Shown here: in pieces, positions 29,144 to 40,756 of the stretch
Layout of the letters: each line of letters begins with the position of its first letter
Numbering within the stretch: position 1 is the stretch's first letter
Source of the DNA: a virus
Taxonomy: Duplodnaviria > Heunggongvirae > Uroviricota > Caudoviricetes
Virus record (IMG/VR): IMGVR_UViG_3300025011_000017
Strand: one strand, 5' to 3'
Length of the DNA: 55,461 bases
Notes under the pieces: model-generated
What the model was told of the DNA's origin: nothing
What the model saw: the letters and a program-made list of their open reading frames with translations, nothing else
The model's database searches: none
Translations under genes and position numbers: made by a program

Positions 29144-30160
29144 ATGTTTACTCATACCCAAATGAACGTAACCGCGAAATGGTTTGCTAGAAATGAAGGA
29201 AAATTAAACTTCAACCATGTTATCCAACGCAATAAGGTCTGGACTCATTCCCAAAAAAGCAAGCTCATTCATTCTGCAATGGTTGGTTATCCTGTTCCTG
29301 ATTTTTACGTTGTCGAGCTTAACGATGACATTTTATGGTTTCTTGATGGCAAGCAACGTGGAACGTCATTCATCGAATTCATAAAAGGTGGCTTCGAACT
29401 TTCTAAAGATACTCCGCCAGTGGAAATTGCCGATGGAGAATGGCTTGAGGTAGCAGGAAAAAACTTTCTAGAATTGCCCGAAAATTTGAGGGATGAAATT
29501 AAGGACTGTGGCCTAAAAATCCATAAGTACAAAAATATGAAGGAACATGAAATATCCGAACTATTCCTTCGTCTTAATGGTGGCACACCGCTAACAAAAA
29601 TTCAGATCACAAGAGTAATTGCAGGAACAACTTTTATGGAATTTGTTCGTGCTGTAGCGGAGCAAAAATTCTTCCGCGAATTAATTGTGATATCAGATAA
29701 CGCCAGAAACAAATCCGTAGACGAAGATTTAATTCTTCAAACTATGTCTCTGGTATGTTCTGGAGATAAGTTCACAAGCTTTTCTGGCGATGATGTCCGT
29801 AAATTCGCTGAACAAAATAAAGAAGGCGTTTCCGAAGAAATGCAAGAAGTGATTTTTCATACAACCCTATATCTTGAAGAAGCTATTTCTGAAAAGCATA
29901 AAAAGCTTATCAAAGTAAATGTGCCAATCTTGTTCAATGTGGCGATTACAGCCCAAAAAGACAATGTTCCTGCCAAAGCTTTCGGAGAATGGTTGTTTAA
30001 TTTCCTTGATAATTACGCTCCTGGGGGAGAATATGGTAGTCACTGTTCGACTAAAACCGCAACAAAAGAGAACGTTTTAGGTCGCTTAAAAGCAATGACG
30101 AAGGACTATAATAACCTAATCGGAAAGTTCGTTGCAAAAACTCAGCAAGCCGCAAAATAA
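29144..30160 (+). CDS. DUF262 (ParB/Srx-like) domain protein
   Basis: QRNKVW, LIHS...GYPVP, LDGKQR, LFLRLNGG. Confidence 0.85.
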   Translation: MFTHTQMNVTAKWFARNEGKLNFNHVIQRNKVWTHSQKSKLIHSAMVGYPVPDFYVVELNDDILWFLDGKQRGTSFIEFIKGGFELSKDTPPVEIADGEWLEVAGKNFLELPENLRDEIKDCGLKIHKYKNMKEHEISELFLRLNGGTPLTKIQITRVIAGTTFMEFVRAVAEQKFFRELIVISDNARNKSVDEDLILQTMSLVCSGDKFTSFSGDDVRKFAEQNKEGVSEEMQEVIFHTTLYLEEAISEKHKKLIKVNVPILFNVAITAQKDNVPAKAFGEWLFNFLDNYAPGGEYGSHCSTKTATKENVLGRLKAMTKDYNNLIGKFVAKTQQAAK

Positions 30161-30876
30161 GGACTGTTAAATCAGTCCTTTCTTTTTGTATTTAAATGTG
30201 AAATAAATCACGTAATTATATTTTAATATCAATAATAATACTAATTATTATATTTAAATATAAACAATTAACCTTATTGACATTAAATCAAAAGTGGTAT
30301 ATAATGAGGTAATATTGAAAAGGAGGCTGATTTTCAAAGTGGCTCGTTGTAAAATATGTGGTAATGAGTTTAATTTGAAAAATGATAGTCCAGTTATAGT
30401 TTGTAAAGAACCGTTTTGTGTTTTTGAAATGACTGAAAGGATTATGAATAAAGAGCGAAGTAAAAAGCTAAAGTTTATAAGGAGATAAAATGAAAAAAGT
30501 AATTGTAGATTTTTTGCCAGATTGCGATATTTGCAAAGATAATGGCGAAAAATCTAAAGCAAATTATGATGCTAGGACAATTTCTGGAGTAGGGGGTGTT
30601 TAATAATTGTTTGAAGTAATTAAATTAAATGAGGACGAAATTCTTAAAGCGTGTATACTATATCTTTATGAAGAAAGGGCTATTTGTGCTGATAATGCAA
30701 AAATAGTTGTGAATAGAGATTTAATTGTTTCTGTAGAAATTGTAAGAAGCGAATAAGAAGAGAAATCTTCTTATTTTTTTATGCTAAACTATTATATTAA
30801 AATACTACATAAAAACTATATTGACATTGATCATATATTTTGATAAAATAAGTTAAATGAAAAAGGAGTTGAAGGA

Positions 30877-31356
30877 ATGAAGAATTTAGTGTTTGTGTAT
30901 GGTTCTTTGCTTGAAGGGTTGCACAATCATAGTGTATTAGGTAAGCATAAAAAATTGGTTGGAACTGGAAATATCAAAGGATTTAACATGTGGTCAATCA
31001 ACGATGCGTTTCCTGCTATAATGCCAGTAAGAAAGGGAATTATAGTTGGGGAAGTGTATGAGGTTGATGATGAAACTATGGTTGATCTTGATCGTTTAGA
31101 AGGTAATGGATTTATGTATCAACGCGAATTAGTATTTGTAAGAATGAAAGATAGTGAATTAATTAGAGCTTGGATTTATGTTTATATACGTCAAGATATC
31201 TCTAAAGGAATATGTCCATTTATTCCGAATGGAGACTGGAGAACGTATTTAGATATTATACACTCTAATCCTCCAATAATTGATATCAAAGAAAATGGCA
31301 AGGAGATAATTATTATTGATGGTGCAAAGCGTAGTCAGTCTCTAATGAAAGGATGA
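30877..31356 (+). CDS. Gamma-glutamylcyclotransferase (AIG2-like)
   Basis: FVYGSL, GEVY, LDRLEG, AWIY, GDW. Confidence 0.9.
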   Translation: MKNLVFVYGSLLEGLHNHSVLGKHKKLVGTGNIKGFNMWSINDAFPAIMPVRKGIIVGEVYEVDDETMVDLDRLEGNGFMYQRELVFVRMKDSELIRAWIYVYIRQDISKGICPFIPNGDWRTYLDIIHSNPPIIDIKENGKEIIIIDGAKRSQSLMKG

Positions 31357-31967
31357 TTATAAATGGCAAATACTATTTGGTTTGAAAAAATACTTAATAA
31401 ATTAAGTGATGATGAATTAGAGATTTTTATTAATACTCTTGAAAATATTTCTAATGAAAGGATTATTAAAATTATACAGAAAGTTAGAGGATAATAATAA
31501 AATAGTTCTATAGCAGGAGTTATCCTGCTTTTTGTTTCACAAATAAACTATCGTATTATAATATGTAAGATTAATTATATTGACTTTTTAGATTTAGATG
31601 ATATAATGTTAATAACGAATAAATTGATAACTTACTGAACGCTAAGTAAGGGAAAGAGGGATTTTTTTATGAAATATTTTATTAAAATGGATATCAATTC
31701 TCAACTTAAAGAATATCATGATTGTTTGAATTATTGTAAAGGTGCAGAAGATGTTATAAATGGAAAAGCTACTCCTGAAGAGGTAGCTAAAAATAATCCG
31801 TTTATCCAAGATATGAAACGTATTTTAGAAGAAAAAGGTGTAATTTAGACGTGTGGTTTATCTGCGCTTTTATACTTTGAATTATATTATAATATCTAAA
31901 AATAATTATATTGACACGTAGTGATCTTGGTGATATAATTAAAATAATAATGAAAGGAGTTTTAATT

Positions 31968-32366
31968 ATGAAATTAATTACCAATGAATCTTTAGTTTCA
32001 CCTTGCATATTTAAAAGAAAAGCTGATTCAAAGTGGGAGAAGGGTCTAGTATTTGATTCTGGCGATGCAGGTATTATTGATATGAATGGTAATATTCCTC
32101 CTGAAGAAAAAGGTATTTTTAATTGGATAAACGTATCTGAGCACACCACTTCCGATATGATCAAATTACTCTCGTTTGCAAATGTTCAAATTGATAAAAA
32201 CAAATATTCTAAAACTTGTGTTGCAAATTGTAATACTGATAAATGCAGTAAACAAAAGGGTTATAAATGTAAATGCATGGATTGTGAGCATGAGTCTGAT
32301 ACAGTTTGCTTAGCTACTAAGGAGGATACTTGTCCCTTATTTGGTTGTCCTAAATATGAGATATAA
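31968..32366 (+). CDS. Hypothetical protein, Cys-rich C-terminus
   Basis: RBS AAAGGAG. Confidence 0.65.
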   Translation: MKLITNESLVSPCIFKRKADSKWEKGLVFDSGDAGIIDMNGNIPPEEKGIFNWINVSEHTTSDMIKLLSFANVQIDKNKYSKTCVANCNTDKCSKQKGYKCKCMDCEHESDTVCLATKEDTCPLFGCPKYEI

Positions 32367-32399
32367 GAATTTAGCCTTTATATTTAGAAGGGAGATAGA

Positions 32400-32696
32400 A
32401 TGATGGTAAAAATAGAGATATTTAGAGTTGAATGTAAAAATGGTATTGGAACTGAACTGGAAAGGAAAGAGGAAACAGTTTTAAAGCTAAACGAAACGAT
32501 GATTGAAACACCGATAAAAAAAGTGTATTTAGCTCAAATCCAATATCCATTTGAAAATGGAGATTTTACTCCAATTGGTATTTATTCTTCAAGAGAAAAT
32601 GCTCAAAATGCAATAGACAAAAAAATTGATAGTTCTACTTATGATAAATCTATGTTGTCTAGCGATATTGATGAATATATACTTGATCAAGAATAA
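32400..32696 (+). CDS. Hypothetical protein
   Basis: RBS; GIYSSRENA motif. Confidence 0.65.
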   Translation: MMVKIEIFRVECKNGIGTELERKEETVLKLNETMIETPIKKVYLAQIQYPFENGDFTPIGIYSSRENAQNAIDKKIDSSTYDKSMLSSDIDEYILDQE

Positions 32697-33017
32697 AATG
32701 CGATTTTTATTATTAAGGAGGGAATATGAATAAGAAAGAAAAGTTTAAAAATGCTGTAGAGATTTTTAAAAATTCAGAACAAACATCAGAGGATTATCTA
32801 AATTTAATTATAGTTAGTATAAGCGTACTTAGATTTGGTGATGGATTATTATGGAGCGATATTGAAGAGATATTAAATGAAGTTATAAATAAATAGCGGA
32901 GTGATCCGTTATTTTTCTTTTATAAAATCATCATATTATAATATAGTAAAATAATTATATTGACGTATGTTATACATTATGATATACTTGAAGAAGTTAA
33001 ATAAAGGAGGTTAAATT

Positions 33018-33272
33018 ATGAAGTGTACAGCATGTGGTAACGAATGTTTTGAAGATGAAATATATCCGCAAGCAGTATTTTGGAATGATGAAAAGTGTAT
33101 CTGTGAAGAATGCTCAATAGATTTCGAAGAGATTAACGGAGTAATTCAATTTAGACAGGATTTGATTGACGATGGGTGCGTAGAACCAGTTTTCAAAGAA
33201 AAGACGATGGAGTTGTTGAAAATGAGTCGTATGTATGGAACTAAAGGAGCGTGGGAGTATGCCAAAATTTAA
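33018..33272 (+). CDS. Zinc-ribbon protein
   Basis: CTAC...CEEC; RBS GGAGG. Confidence 0.65.
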   Translation: MKCTACGNECFEDEIYPQAVFWNDEKCICEECSIDFEEINGVIQFRQDLIDDGCVEPVFKEKTMELLKMSRMYGTKGAWEYAKI

Positions 33273-33995
33273 AGAGACTAAATATATGCTTATTTTTAAT
33301 CAAGAGCAAGGTGTTTGGGAAAGAGTTGTGGAATGGACTAATAATTACCGCAAACTTCACAAAAAACCAATGGTACGAATGAGGAGTATTTATAAGGTAT
33401 GGTTAGGCAAAATTAAGTAGATATAGAATACGGTTTTTATTGCTAAAGGAGGTAAAACTAGTGATAATAAGCATACAAGTAGGTGAGCATAAAATACATG
33501 GAATAACGGAAAAATGCTATTCTATTGATGGGATTTGTGACAAATGTGGTTCATTTACAACGAAACTAACAACTAAATTTCCAGATGCCAAAAGTGGTCT
33601 ACATTGTCTGAAATGTATCGGAAAATAGAGGTATAAAATTCGGATTCTATAACTAAATGGAGGTATAAGTATGAAAAAGATAGTTTCAACTACCTTAATT
33701 GTTTATGATGAAATGAATGTCTTTTACAAAGAACTAGAGAGAAATATTGGTATTAATCAGGCTAAAGGTGAAGAGGTTGAAATTCAATATTCTCACAATT
33801 CCGTTGGAAACTCTTTTTCTGCTTTAATTTTAGGAAGGAAAGAAGTATAAAATTCAGGTTCTATTATTTAGCAGGTAAAACCTGCTTTGTTTTTTATTTA
33901 AATATAATCATATTATAATACTAATTAATATTTGCATTGACCATAAAGATAAAATAATATATAATATAGATAGTAAAAAGAAGGGGGCGAGTTGT

Positions 33996-34187
33996 ATGAA
34001 ACTTGAAATATTAGATGGAATATGGCAAGTACCAGTATATTCATCAGGCGGAGGAACTATTTGGTATAAAACTGAAGCGTTGACTTCCGAAGAAGCTAAA
34101 GAGAAAATTAAAATATTTATTGAGGGAAATCCTTATCTCTCAATGGCTAATAACATGGATGTTGTTCTATTAGAAATAGTTAGGTAA
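33996..34187 (+). CDS. Hypothetical protein
   Basis: Promoter and RBS. Confidence 0.6.
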   Translation: MKLEILDGIWQVPVYSSGGGTIWYKTEALTSEEAKEKIKIFIEGNPYLSMANNMDVVLLEIVR

Positions 34188-34665
34188 AATAAAAGCTTTA
34201 TATTAAAAGGAGGATAAAATGGAAGCTAGGGAATTGATATTAAAATTGGAATTATTGAAATTCAAAGTTGAACAAGGTATGAAAATTCACACCAATGAGA
34301 TTGACGATCTTGTAAATTATGTTGAGTATTACTTTGTGTAAGAATAAAATTTGATTCTATATTGCAAGGAGGCTAATTATGAATGAATTTGAAAATTGGT
34401 TAAAAGAAAGCTTTCAAACTCTTAAAGATGCTCTAAAAGAGACTAATGAAAAAGAAATGATTAAAGATAGACTTTACATGATGAATTTAGTATTAACTCA
34501 ATTAAATCAATTCACAAAATAGAATGGTTCTAAAATTATTTCAAGACAGGTTTACCTGTCTTGTTTTATTTAGTAAAAACAGTATATTTTAATATTAAAT
34601 TAAATCAAGTTTGACACAAGTGTAATAAAATGATATAATAAAAAGAAAAAGGAGTTGCTTATTAA

Positions 34666-35520
34666 ATGAAAAAAGATGATCTTAAAATTGTCAATGGGCA
34701 AGTAACAGTTTATTTAGATGGTAATGCTAATGATCGTGGTGCTTTTTCCTTTAAGGGAGTCACGATTGAAACTAAGCCAAACGTATTCTTTAAAGAATAT
34801 CTTGCTAATATCGATCAAAAAAATATTGGCTGTCTAAACATTGTTTCTCTTAGAGATTATATCTATAGTAAGTTACGTGTTCAAGCTGATTTTGATTTAA
34901 AAAATTATATCTCTAGACATATAAACGATATGGATTTTTACACTGAAAAAAATAGTTATGATGAACAAATATTTAAAATATATGAATGGGACGGAAAGTA
35001 TCCAGAAGTATCTAAGGAAATTAATTTGCAATTGCACAATGTAGCGAATGGTCTAATCAATTGCGAAATAGCTAATTCCCATTGTGTATACGATTTAATA
35101 CAAGATAGATTTGTAAGTATAAAATCTTCTACTTATCGTGATGCAATAGACGTTATTCCGCTAAACGTATTTTATGGATCTAGGGCTTTGAATAAAGTAA
35201 TTGCGGCAGAGCAATATAAAAGAGGAATAGCTCATAAAGCATTTACTGAAGTAATTAATTTAAGTAATTTTTTAGATGGTAAAAAATCTATTAAGATTAA
35301 ATTAAAGAATGGGGAAATACATGAGTTAAAAAATGCTCATGGAGTGAGCGTACAGCAATTATTGGAACTCACCAATGGAAAATTTTACTTATCGGATAAT
35401 TACAATATTTCACCAAGGTTTAACAAAAAAATAGAAGTCGAAGAATTAGAATGCCTACAATTTAGTAAGCATAAGCATTTTATTAACACTGATAACTTAG
35501 TTATAGAAGGAGTTGATTAA
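34666..35520 (+). CDS. Hypothetical protein
   Basis: 284-aa ORF, promoter and RBS. Confidence 0.75.
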   Translation: MKKDDLKIVNGQVTVYLDGNANDRGAFSFKGVTIETKPNVFFKEYLANIDQKNIGCLNIVSLRDYIYSKLRVQADFDLKNYISRHINDMDFYTEKNSYDEQIFKIYEWDGKYPEVSKEINLQLHNVANGLINCEIANSHCVYDLIQDRFVSIKSSTYRDAIDVIPLNVFYGSRALNKVIAAEQYKRGIAHKAFTEVINLSNFLDGKKSIKIKLKNGEIHELKNAHGVSVQQLLELTNGKFYLSDNYNISPRFNKKIEVEELECLQFSKHKHFINTDNLVIEGVD

Positions 35521-36137
35521 AATGATTTTAAATATTATGAATTTATCACAATTAAGCTTAAAGGAATTATGTTATTTTCATCTACAAATTAATTTAGAGA
35601 TATTAAAAAGGATTTGGTGGGTTATTCCATTATTATTATTAATAATAGGTTTTGCGTTTATATGGTATATGTATCCATATATATTTAAATGTAAACAAAA
35701 GAGGAATTAAAGATGGAAAAAATTTGTAAAAGATGCGGATTATCGACTTCTAATCCAATCTACTCCGATACCTATAAAGGATATATCTGTAAGGCATGTA
35801 AAAGGTATCTCTTAAACCGACTTCTATTTCACTAAAAGTTTTACTTGACAAGTTGAAAGTAAAGTTGTATACTTATTTTATCCCCTTCGGGTTTAGTAAA
35901 TTAATTTAGAAAGAGGTTGATTTAAATGAATTCTAAAATTGATAAAATCTTAAAATTACTTAGTGAGAATGCCGAAACAGGAAACTTATGTTTCAGTTTA
36001 TATAAAGATTTAATAGAAATGGTTTCTGAATTAAAGGTGGCTTAAAAACTTCAGATGTTGCGCTTTTACCTTTCTGCTTATAATGACGATTATGAGTAGA
36101 AAGGTAAAAAATATTCTAAAAGGAATGATATTATAAT

Positions 36138-36311
36138 ATGAAGAAAACTATTGGTATAATTAAACAAATTGATCTTGTTAAAAATTCGGCTAATAAGTTA
36201 AATAAATCCATGGAAGTAGTAAGGCAAGGAGTCGGCATACATAAAAGTAAGAAGGGTTACAGGCGAAGTAATAATAGAAAGGAAATTCTATTGTATTTTA
36301 ATATAGTATAA
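36138..36311 (+). CDS. 57-aa basic protein (not in ORF track)
   Basis: RBS AAGGA; GVGIHKSKKGYRR. Confidence 0.55.
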   Translation: MKKTIGIIKQIDLVKNSANKLNKSMEVVRQGVGIHKSKKGYRRSNNRKEILLYFNIV

Positions 36312-36431
36312 AATAATGTTTGACTTTGTCCGATAAAGTAGTATAATATAACCAATTAAAGAATATAAATATAAGTTATTCACTTTTAAACACGTATAAA
36401 GTAATGACTTATAAATTTAGGAGGAAAAGAA

Positions 36432-37832
36432 ATGTTAAATGCTATTGATCAAGTTAAAATTAAAACCTTACTTAGTGCTTTTGTTGGCAAAGAGACATTA
36501 AATATTGATCCGCTATTAATTCAGTGGTCGGAGGGGAAGAAGGATATTTTTGATTTACTTGGAGGATTAACCATTGAAAAACAATTTTCTGGTGAATTAA
36601 CAGATGATGCTGTCAGACAGTTATTTCAACAATTTAGATATGAAAATGATTATTTTGGTTATCATGTAAATAACTTTATGAGTGAGTTAACTGGAGAGGA
36701 AATTAAGAGCAATAAATGCATAAAGCATAGAAGTTATATGGAAGGATATAAAATTGGTCAGAAATTATCAAAATATCTAAATACTATCATAGAAGATGTT
36801 CCAAACTTTAGAGAGATTAAAGAAAAATTTAAAAGTAAAAGAGAATATTTTTCGATCAAATTTTCAATGTTTTTGCAATCATTAAAATTTGAGGGTATAA
36901 TGGTTATATCTATCGATCCACTTGATTATCTTACTATGTCGCTAAACCAAGCAGGATGGCATTCCTGCCACGATCAAAATGGTTGTCATAGAGCAGGAAT
37001 GTTAGCCTACATGGTTGATAAACATTCAGTGATAATGTATGTAAAGTCAATCAAAGACGTTGAGTATGAGCTTAACGGAGTTAAATTTGTTCATAATTCA
37101 AAAAAATGGAGACAAGTAAGTTATGTTGATATTGACACTCTTTCTACTATATTTTCTCGTCAGTATCCTGCTGATAACGAAAATGCTTGTAAGGTAGCAA
37201 GAGAGATGATGAGTGGTCAATTTTCAAAATTTATGGGAATTGAGGACAAGTGTACAATAACGGATAATAATGACAGAATATATGATATGGTAAAAGATTA
37301 CGATAGAGAAAGTCATGAATATATTCTTCATTACAATGATATTTTAAATATTAGAAGAAGATATTTCAGATTAAAGATGTCCCAAGGAGGATCTGACCCA
37401 AATATTGTAATTGGAAAAGTTCCATATTGTCCTGAGTGTGGAGATAGAAAATTAGATTATCCTAGTTTGTTATTGTGTAAAAAATGCAGAGGAGATTTAC
37501 ACATATGTCCTGATTGTGGAGAAGAAATTAATGGTAGAGGTAATTATGGTAATGATGATCATTATTACTGTAATAGTTGTTTTAGCGCTAATTTCTCACA
37601 ATGCCGTGATTGCGGAGAATATGTGAGATTGGATTCTGGAAGAAGATTAGATTCAAGAAGTGGAAGATTTATCTGTAATTCTTGTATAGAGCGAGATTAT
37701 ATTCCTTGTGAAAGATGTGGAGATACTATTAGAGAAACTGATTCTTATACTACTATTAGAGGAGTAAATTACTGTAGAGTTTGTTATATAGAAATTAGAA
37801 ATGAATCAGAAAATCGGGAGGTATCTGCTTAA
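36432..37832 (+). CDS. Phage protein with PLDYLTMS...WHSC domain and multiple C-terminal zinc ribbons
   Basis: 466 aa; eight CxxC; coupled to peptidase gene. Confidence 0.75.
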   Translation: MLNAIDQVKIKTLLSAFVGKETLNIDPLLIQWSEGKKDIFDLLGGLTIEKQFSGELTDDAVRQLFQQFRYENDYFGYHVNNFMSELTGEEIKSNKCIKHRSYMEGYKIGQKLSKYLNTIIEDVPNFREIKEKFKSKREYFSIKFSMFLQSLKFEGIMVISIDPLDYLTMSLNQAGWHSCHDQNGCHRAGMLAYMVDKHSVIMYVKSIKDVEYELNGVKFVHNSKKWRQVSYVDIDTLSTIFSRQYPADNENACKVAREMMSGQFSKFMGIEDKCTITDNNDRIYDMVKDYDRESHEYILHYNDILNIRRRYFRLKMSQGGSDPNIVIGKVPYCPECGDRKLDYPSLLLCKKCRGDLHICPDCGEEINGRGNYGNDDHYYCNSCFSANFSQCRDCGEYVRLDSGRRLDSRSGRFICNSCIERDYIPCERCGDTIRETDSYTTIRGVNYCRVCYIEIRNESENREVSA

Positions 37833-38740
37833 TGGAAAAAATATTTCGTATGTCAGAAAAAAAATTACTTAAATACCTTGCTCGTTTATTGGTGTCCAAG
37901 CAATATCAGTATGAAAATGTAATAAAAACAAAGGATTATGTTTATGCTGAAGGAAATATTCCAGTTATGCTTGTGGCCCACTTAGATACTGTTCACGCAT
38001 CGATGCCAACTCATATATTTCATGACAAAAACCAGAATGTTTTGTGGAGTCCTGAAGGACTTGGAGCAGATGATAGAGCAGGAGTATGGGCAATACTTCA
38101 ACTTATTACAGCTAAGCAAAAACCATATATCCTTTTTACCACACAGGAAGAAGTTGGTGGAAAAGGAGCATCAATTGTAATTAAAGAAATTATTGAAGCA
38201 CCTCCTGTCAATATGCTTATCGAATTTGACAGAAAAGGACATAACGATGCTGTATTTTATGATTGTGATAATCCAGAATTTACGTCATATATTGAAAAGT
38301 ATGGATTTGTTAAGAACTATGGTTCATTTTCTGACATATCTATCATTTGCCCTGCGTGGGGTATTGCAGGAGTAAACTTAAGTTCTGGATATTATAATGC
38401 TCATACTAAAAATGAGTATTTAAATCTTGATGAATTGAACGATGTAATTAGAAGAGTTAGAAACATGTTCAATAGTTTACCAAGCAAACAATTTGAATAT
38501 ATAGAGGAAGTAAAATTTTATGGTAAGTATGGTAGCTATTATGGAAAATGGGGAGAATCTGATGCCGCATGGGGTAAGGAACAGTATTGGAATTATTTTA
38601 AATGTACGGAATGCGGAATTACTAAAAGCTATTTCGAAGAATCAACTATAAGAGATGTATGTAAAACATGTTTTGATGATGTGTTTAAAATACCAGAAAA
38701 ACAAAAGCCAGTTATCTCAATTACTAAATATCAAAAGTAA
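37832..38740 (+). CDS. M28/M20-type zinc peptidase
   Basis: AHLDTVH, GADDRAG, EEVG, SD, YYNAHT. Confidence 0.88.
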   Translation: MEKIFRMSEKKLLKYLARLLVSKQYQYENVIKTKDYVYAEGNIPVMLVAHLDTVHASMPTHIFHDKNQNVLWSPEGLGADDRAGVWAILQLITAKQKPYILFTTQEEVGGKGASIVIKEIIEAPPVNMLIEFDRKGHNDAVFYDCDNPEFTSYIEKYGFVKNYGSFSDISIICPAWGIAGVNLSSGYYNAHTKNEYLNLDELNDVIRRVRNMFNSLPSKQFEYIEEVKFYGKYGSYYGKWGESDAAWGKEQYWNYFKCTECGITKSYFEESTIRDVCKTCFDDVFKIPEKQKPVISITKYQK

Positions 38741-38872
38741 AATTAAATGTATTAGATATTTTAAAAATATCTAATACATTTTTATTAATTTCTTAATATT
38801 ATAATACACAAAAAAATATATATTGACATTATATTTACTATAATATATGATATAATAAGGAGGGGAAATTAA

Positions 38873-39316
38873 ATGCATATTTGTACGAAATGCTTTCTGC
38901 CATACGATTTTAAACATAAAAATATGAGTGAATGTAATAAATGTGGTGGACATTCAGTAGACATTGATGACATATTGGTAGCACCAATTATTGAATTGTG
39001 GAGAAAAGGGTATAAAACTATAGCTTGTTGTAGCGGTCATTCTATTAATACAATAACTTATACTAATATATTATTTAAAAAAGGTATTGAATTGCCAGAT
39101 GTACCAAAAGGTTATGAAAAAATGATGTTTCGAGAACAAATTATGATATGTAGATATTTTTACAAGAATGAACAAAAAGAATTTATAACTGAACACAAAA
39201 AATTGAAAGATGGAATGAAATTAACTATATTAGAAAGACATATAAAAATACTTGAATCCATTAAATCACTAACTGATTGGGTAATAGAGCTACCAAAAAT
39301 AAAATTGGAGGATTAA
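38873..39316 (+). CDS. Hypothetical protein
   Basis: N-terminal CxxC pair; GYKTIACCSGH. Confidence 0.65.
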   Translation: MHICTKCFLPYDFKHKNMSECNKCGGHSVDIDDILVAPIIELWRKGYKTIACCSGHSINTITYTNILFKKGIELPDVPKGYEKMMFREQIMICRYFYKNEQKEFITEHKKLKDGMKLTILERHIKILESIKSLTDWVIELPKIKLED

Positions 39317-39317
39317 T

Positions 39318-39575
39318 ATGAAAACACTTAAAGAAATTAATGATATTTATGGTGAGTTAACTATTCAAGAAAGGAAACAAATAGTTAAATTTATTGCGAA
39401 TCCCAATGTAATAAATTGGTCAAATATTAAGGATATTATTGTTAAACCAAAAGTTACTATTCTAGATGCGTTAATTGCTACAAATCAGAAATATTCAAAA
39501 GATGGAGGTAAAAATAGAATCCCTTCTCCCATAGATGTATTAAGATGTATTAAGGAAGTTATATGGAAAGATTAA
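39318..39575 (+). CDS. Hypothetical protein
   Basis: RBS GGAGG. Confidence 0.65.
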   Translation: MKTLKEINDIYGELTIQERKQIVKFIANPNVINWSNIKDIIVKPKVTILDALIATNQKYSKDGGKNRIPSPIDVLRCIKEVIWKD

Positions 39576-39648
39576 ATTAATACTATTGACAGAGTTAAGC
39601 AATTAGTTTATAATATGTATATCAGGTAATATTTGAGGAGGTTATTAT

Positions 39649-40317
39649 ATGGAAATCAATCAAAAGATTATTGAAAAGATCAAAAAATTATTTAATTTAG
39701 CTCAAAACAACCCAAACGATAATGAGTCTCAAAGTGCTTTATTGCAAGCACAACGATTAATGGCGGAAAATGACATCGAACAAAGTCAAGTAGATCAAAA
39801 AGTAGTTGACAATACTAAAGAAGTAGTTCATGAAAACTTGACCAGTGAATCGAAAATAGTTTGGTATAAAAAGAGTTTAGCCTATGTTATTGCAGAAAAT
39901 TTTAGATGTAAAAACTATATCCAAAAAGGTTATGGTGGAGGACTAATGTTCTTAGGACTTAAAGATGATGTTGAATTGGCAAAAATGGTTTTTGAATTTG
40001 CTTCAGAATCAATTGAATATGGTGCGAATGCTTTTGTTAAAAAATACAAAAGTAATTATTATAATTATTCAGTTGGTATAAAGAATGATTATCTGCAAGG
40101 ATGGATAAATGGATTATCTGCTCAATATAAAGAGCAAGTTAATAAAAATGGTTGGGGGTTAGTATTAGTTAAAAATGCTTTAGTCGTACAAGAAATAGAA
40201 AAAATGAATTTCAGGAAAGGACAAGGAAGTTCTCATAATTCAAGTGGAAATAATAAAGCGAGAGAAACTGGATTTCAACATGGCAAATCTTTTTCTAGCA
40301 ACAAAAGAATTGGATAA
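39649..40317 (+). CDS. DUF2786-domain protein
   Basis: IIEKIKKLFNLA...NESQSALLQAQRLM; VIAENFRC. Confidence 0.8.
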   Translation: MEINQKIIEKIKKLFNLAQNNPNDNESQSALLQAQRLMAENDIEQSQVDQKVVDNTKEVVHENLTSESKIVWYKKSLAYVIAENFRCKNYIQKGYGGGLMFLGLKDDVELAKMVFEFASESIEYGANAFVKKYKSNYYNYSVGIKNDYLQGWINGLSAQYKEQVNKNGWGLVLVKNALVVQEIEKMNFRKGQGSSHNSSGNNKARETGFQHGKSFSSNKRIG

Positions 40318-40321
40318 TTAA

Positions 40322-40366
40322 TTTACATATAACTTATATCTTTTGGAGATATAAGTTATATGTAAA
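40322..40366. terminator. Long perfect hairpin (20-bp arms)
   Basis: TTTACATATAACTTATATCT / AGATATAAGTTATATGTAAA. Confidence 0.6.
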
Positions 40367-40414
40367 AAATTTAATTTTTATATTAAAATATCAAAATAAA
40401 GGAGGATATCAAAA

Positions 40415-40660
40415 ATGAACAAAATGACTTATTGGGAAAAAGACGGAGAGTTTTTATCATTAACTAGATATAGAACTTATGCAAAACGAGCATCAAGAGA
40501 AAAAATGCTTGTTTCCAATTATTTAATTGAATTGGGATATGTAAGTAAATTTTCGTCAGAAGTTCTAACTGGTAGACCGAAGAATAAACTTAAGAAGATT
40601 GAAAATAATATAGATCAAGTAATAATTAAAGACGGCAAAGTAAAAATTCAAGCAAGTTAA
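40415..40660 (+). CDS. Hypothetical protein
   Basis: RBS GGAGG; C-terminus resembles that of 42626-42898. Confidence 0.65.
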   Translation: MNKMTYWEKDGEFLSLTRYRTYAKRASREKMLVSNYLIELGYVSKFSSEVLTGRPKNKLKKIENNIDQVIIKDGKVKIQAS

Positions 40661-40756
40661 ATAAACTTGCTTTTTAATTATTCCTATTGACATTTTTAAT
40701 TCATTGTGATATTATATAGATAACGAAATAAAAGAAATTAAGGGGGAAATTAAACT

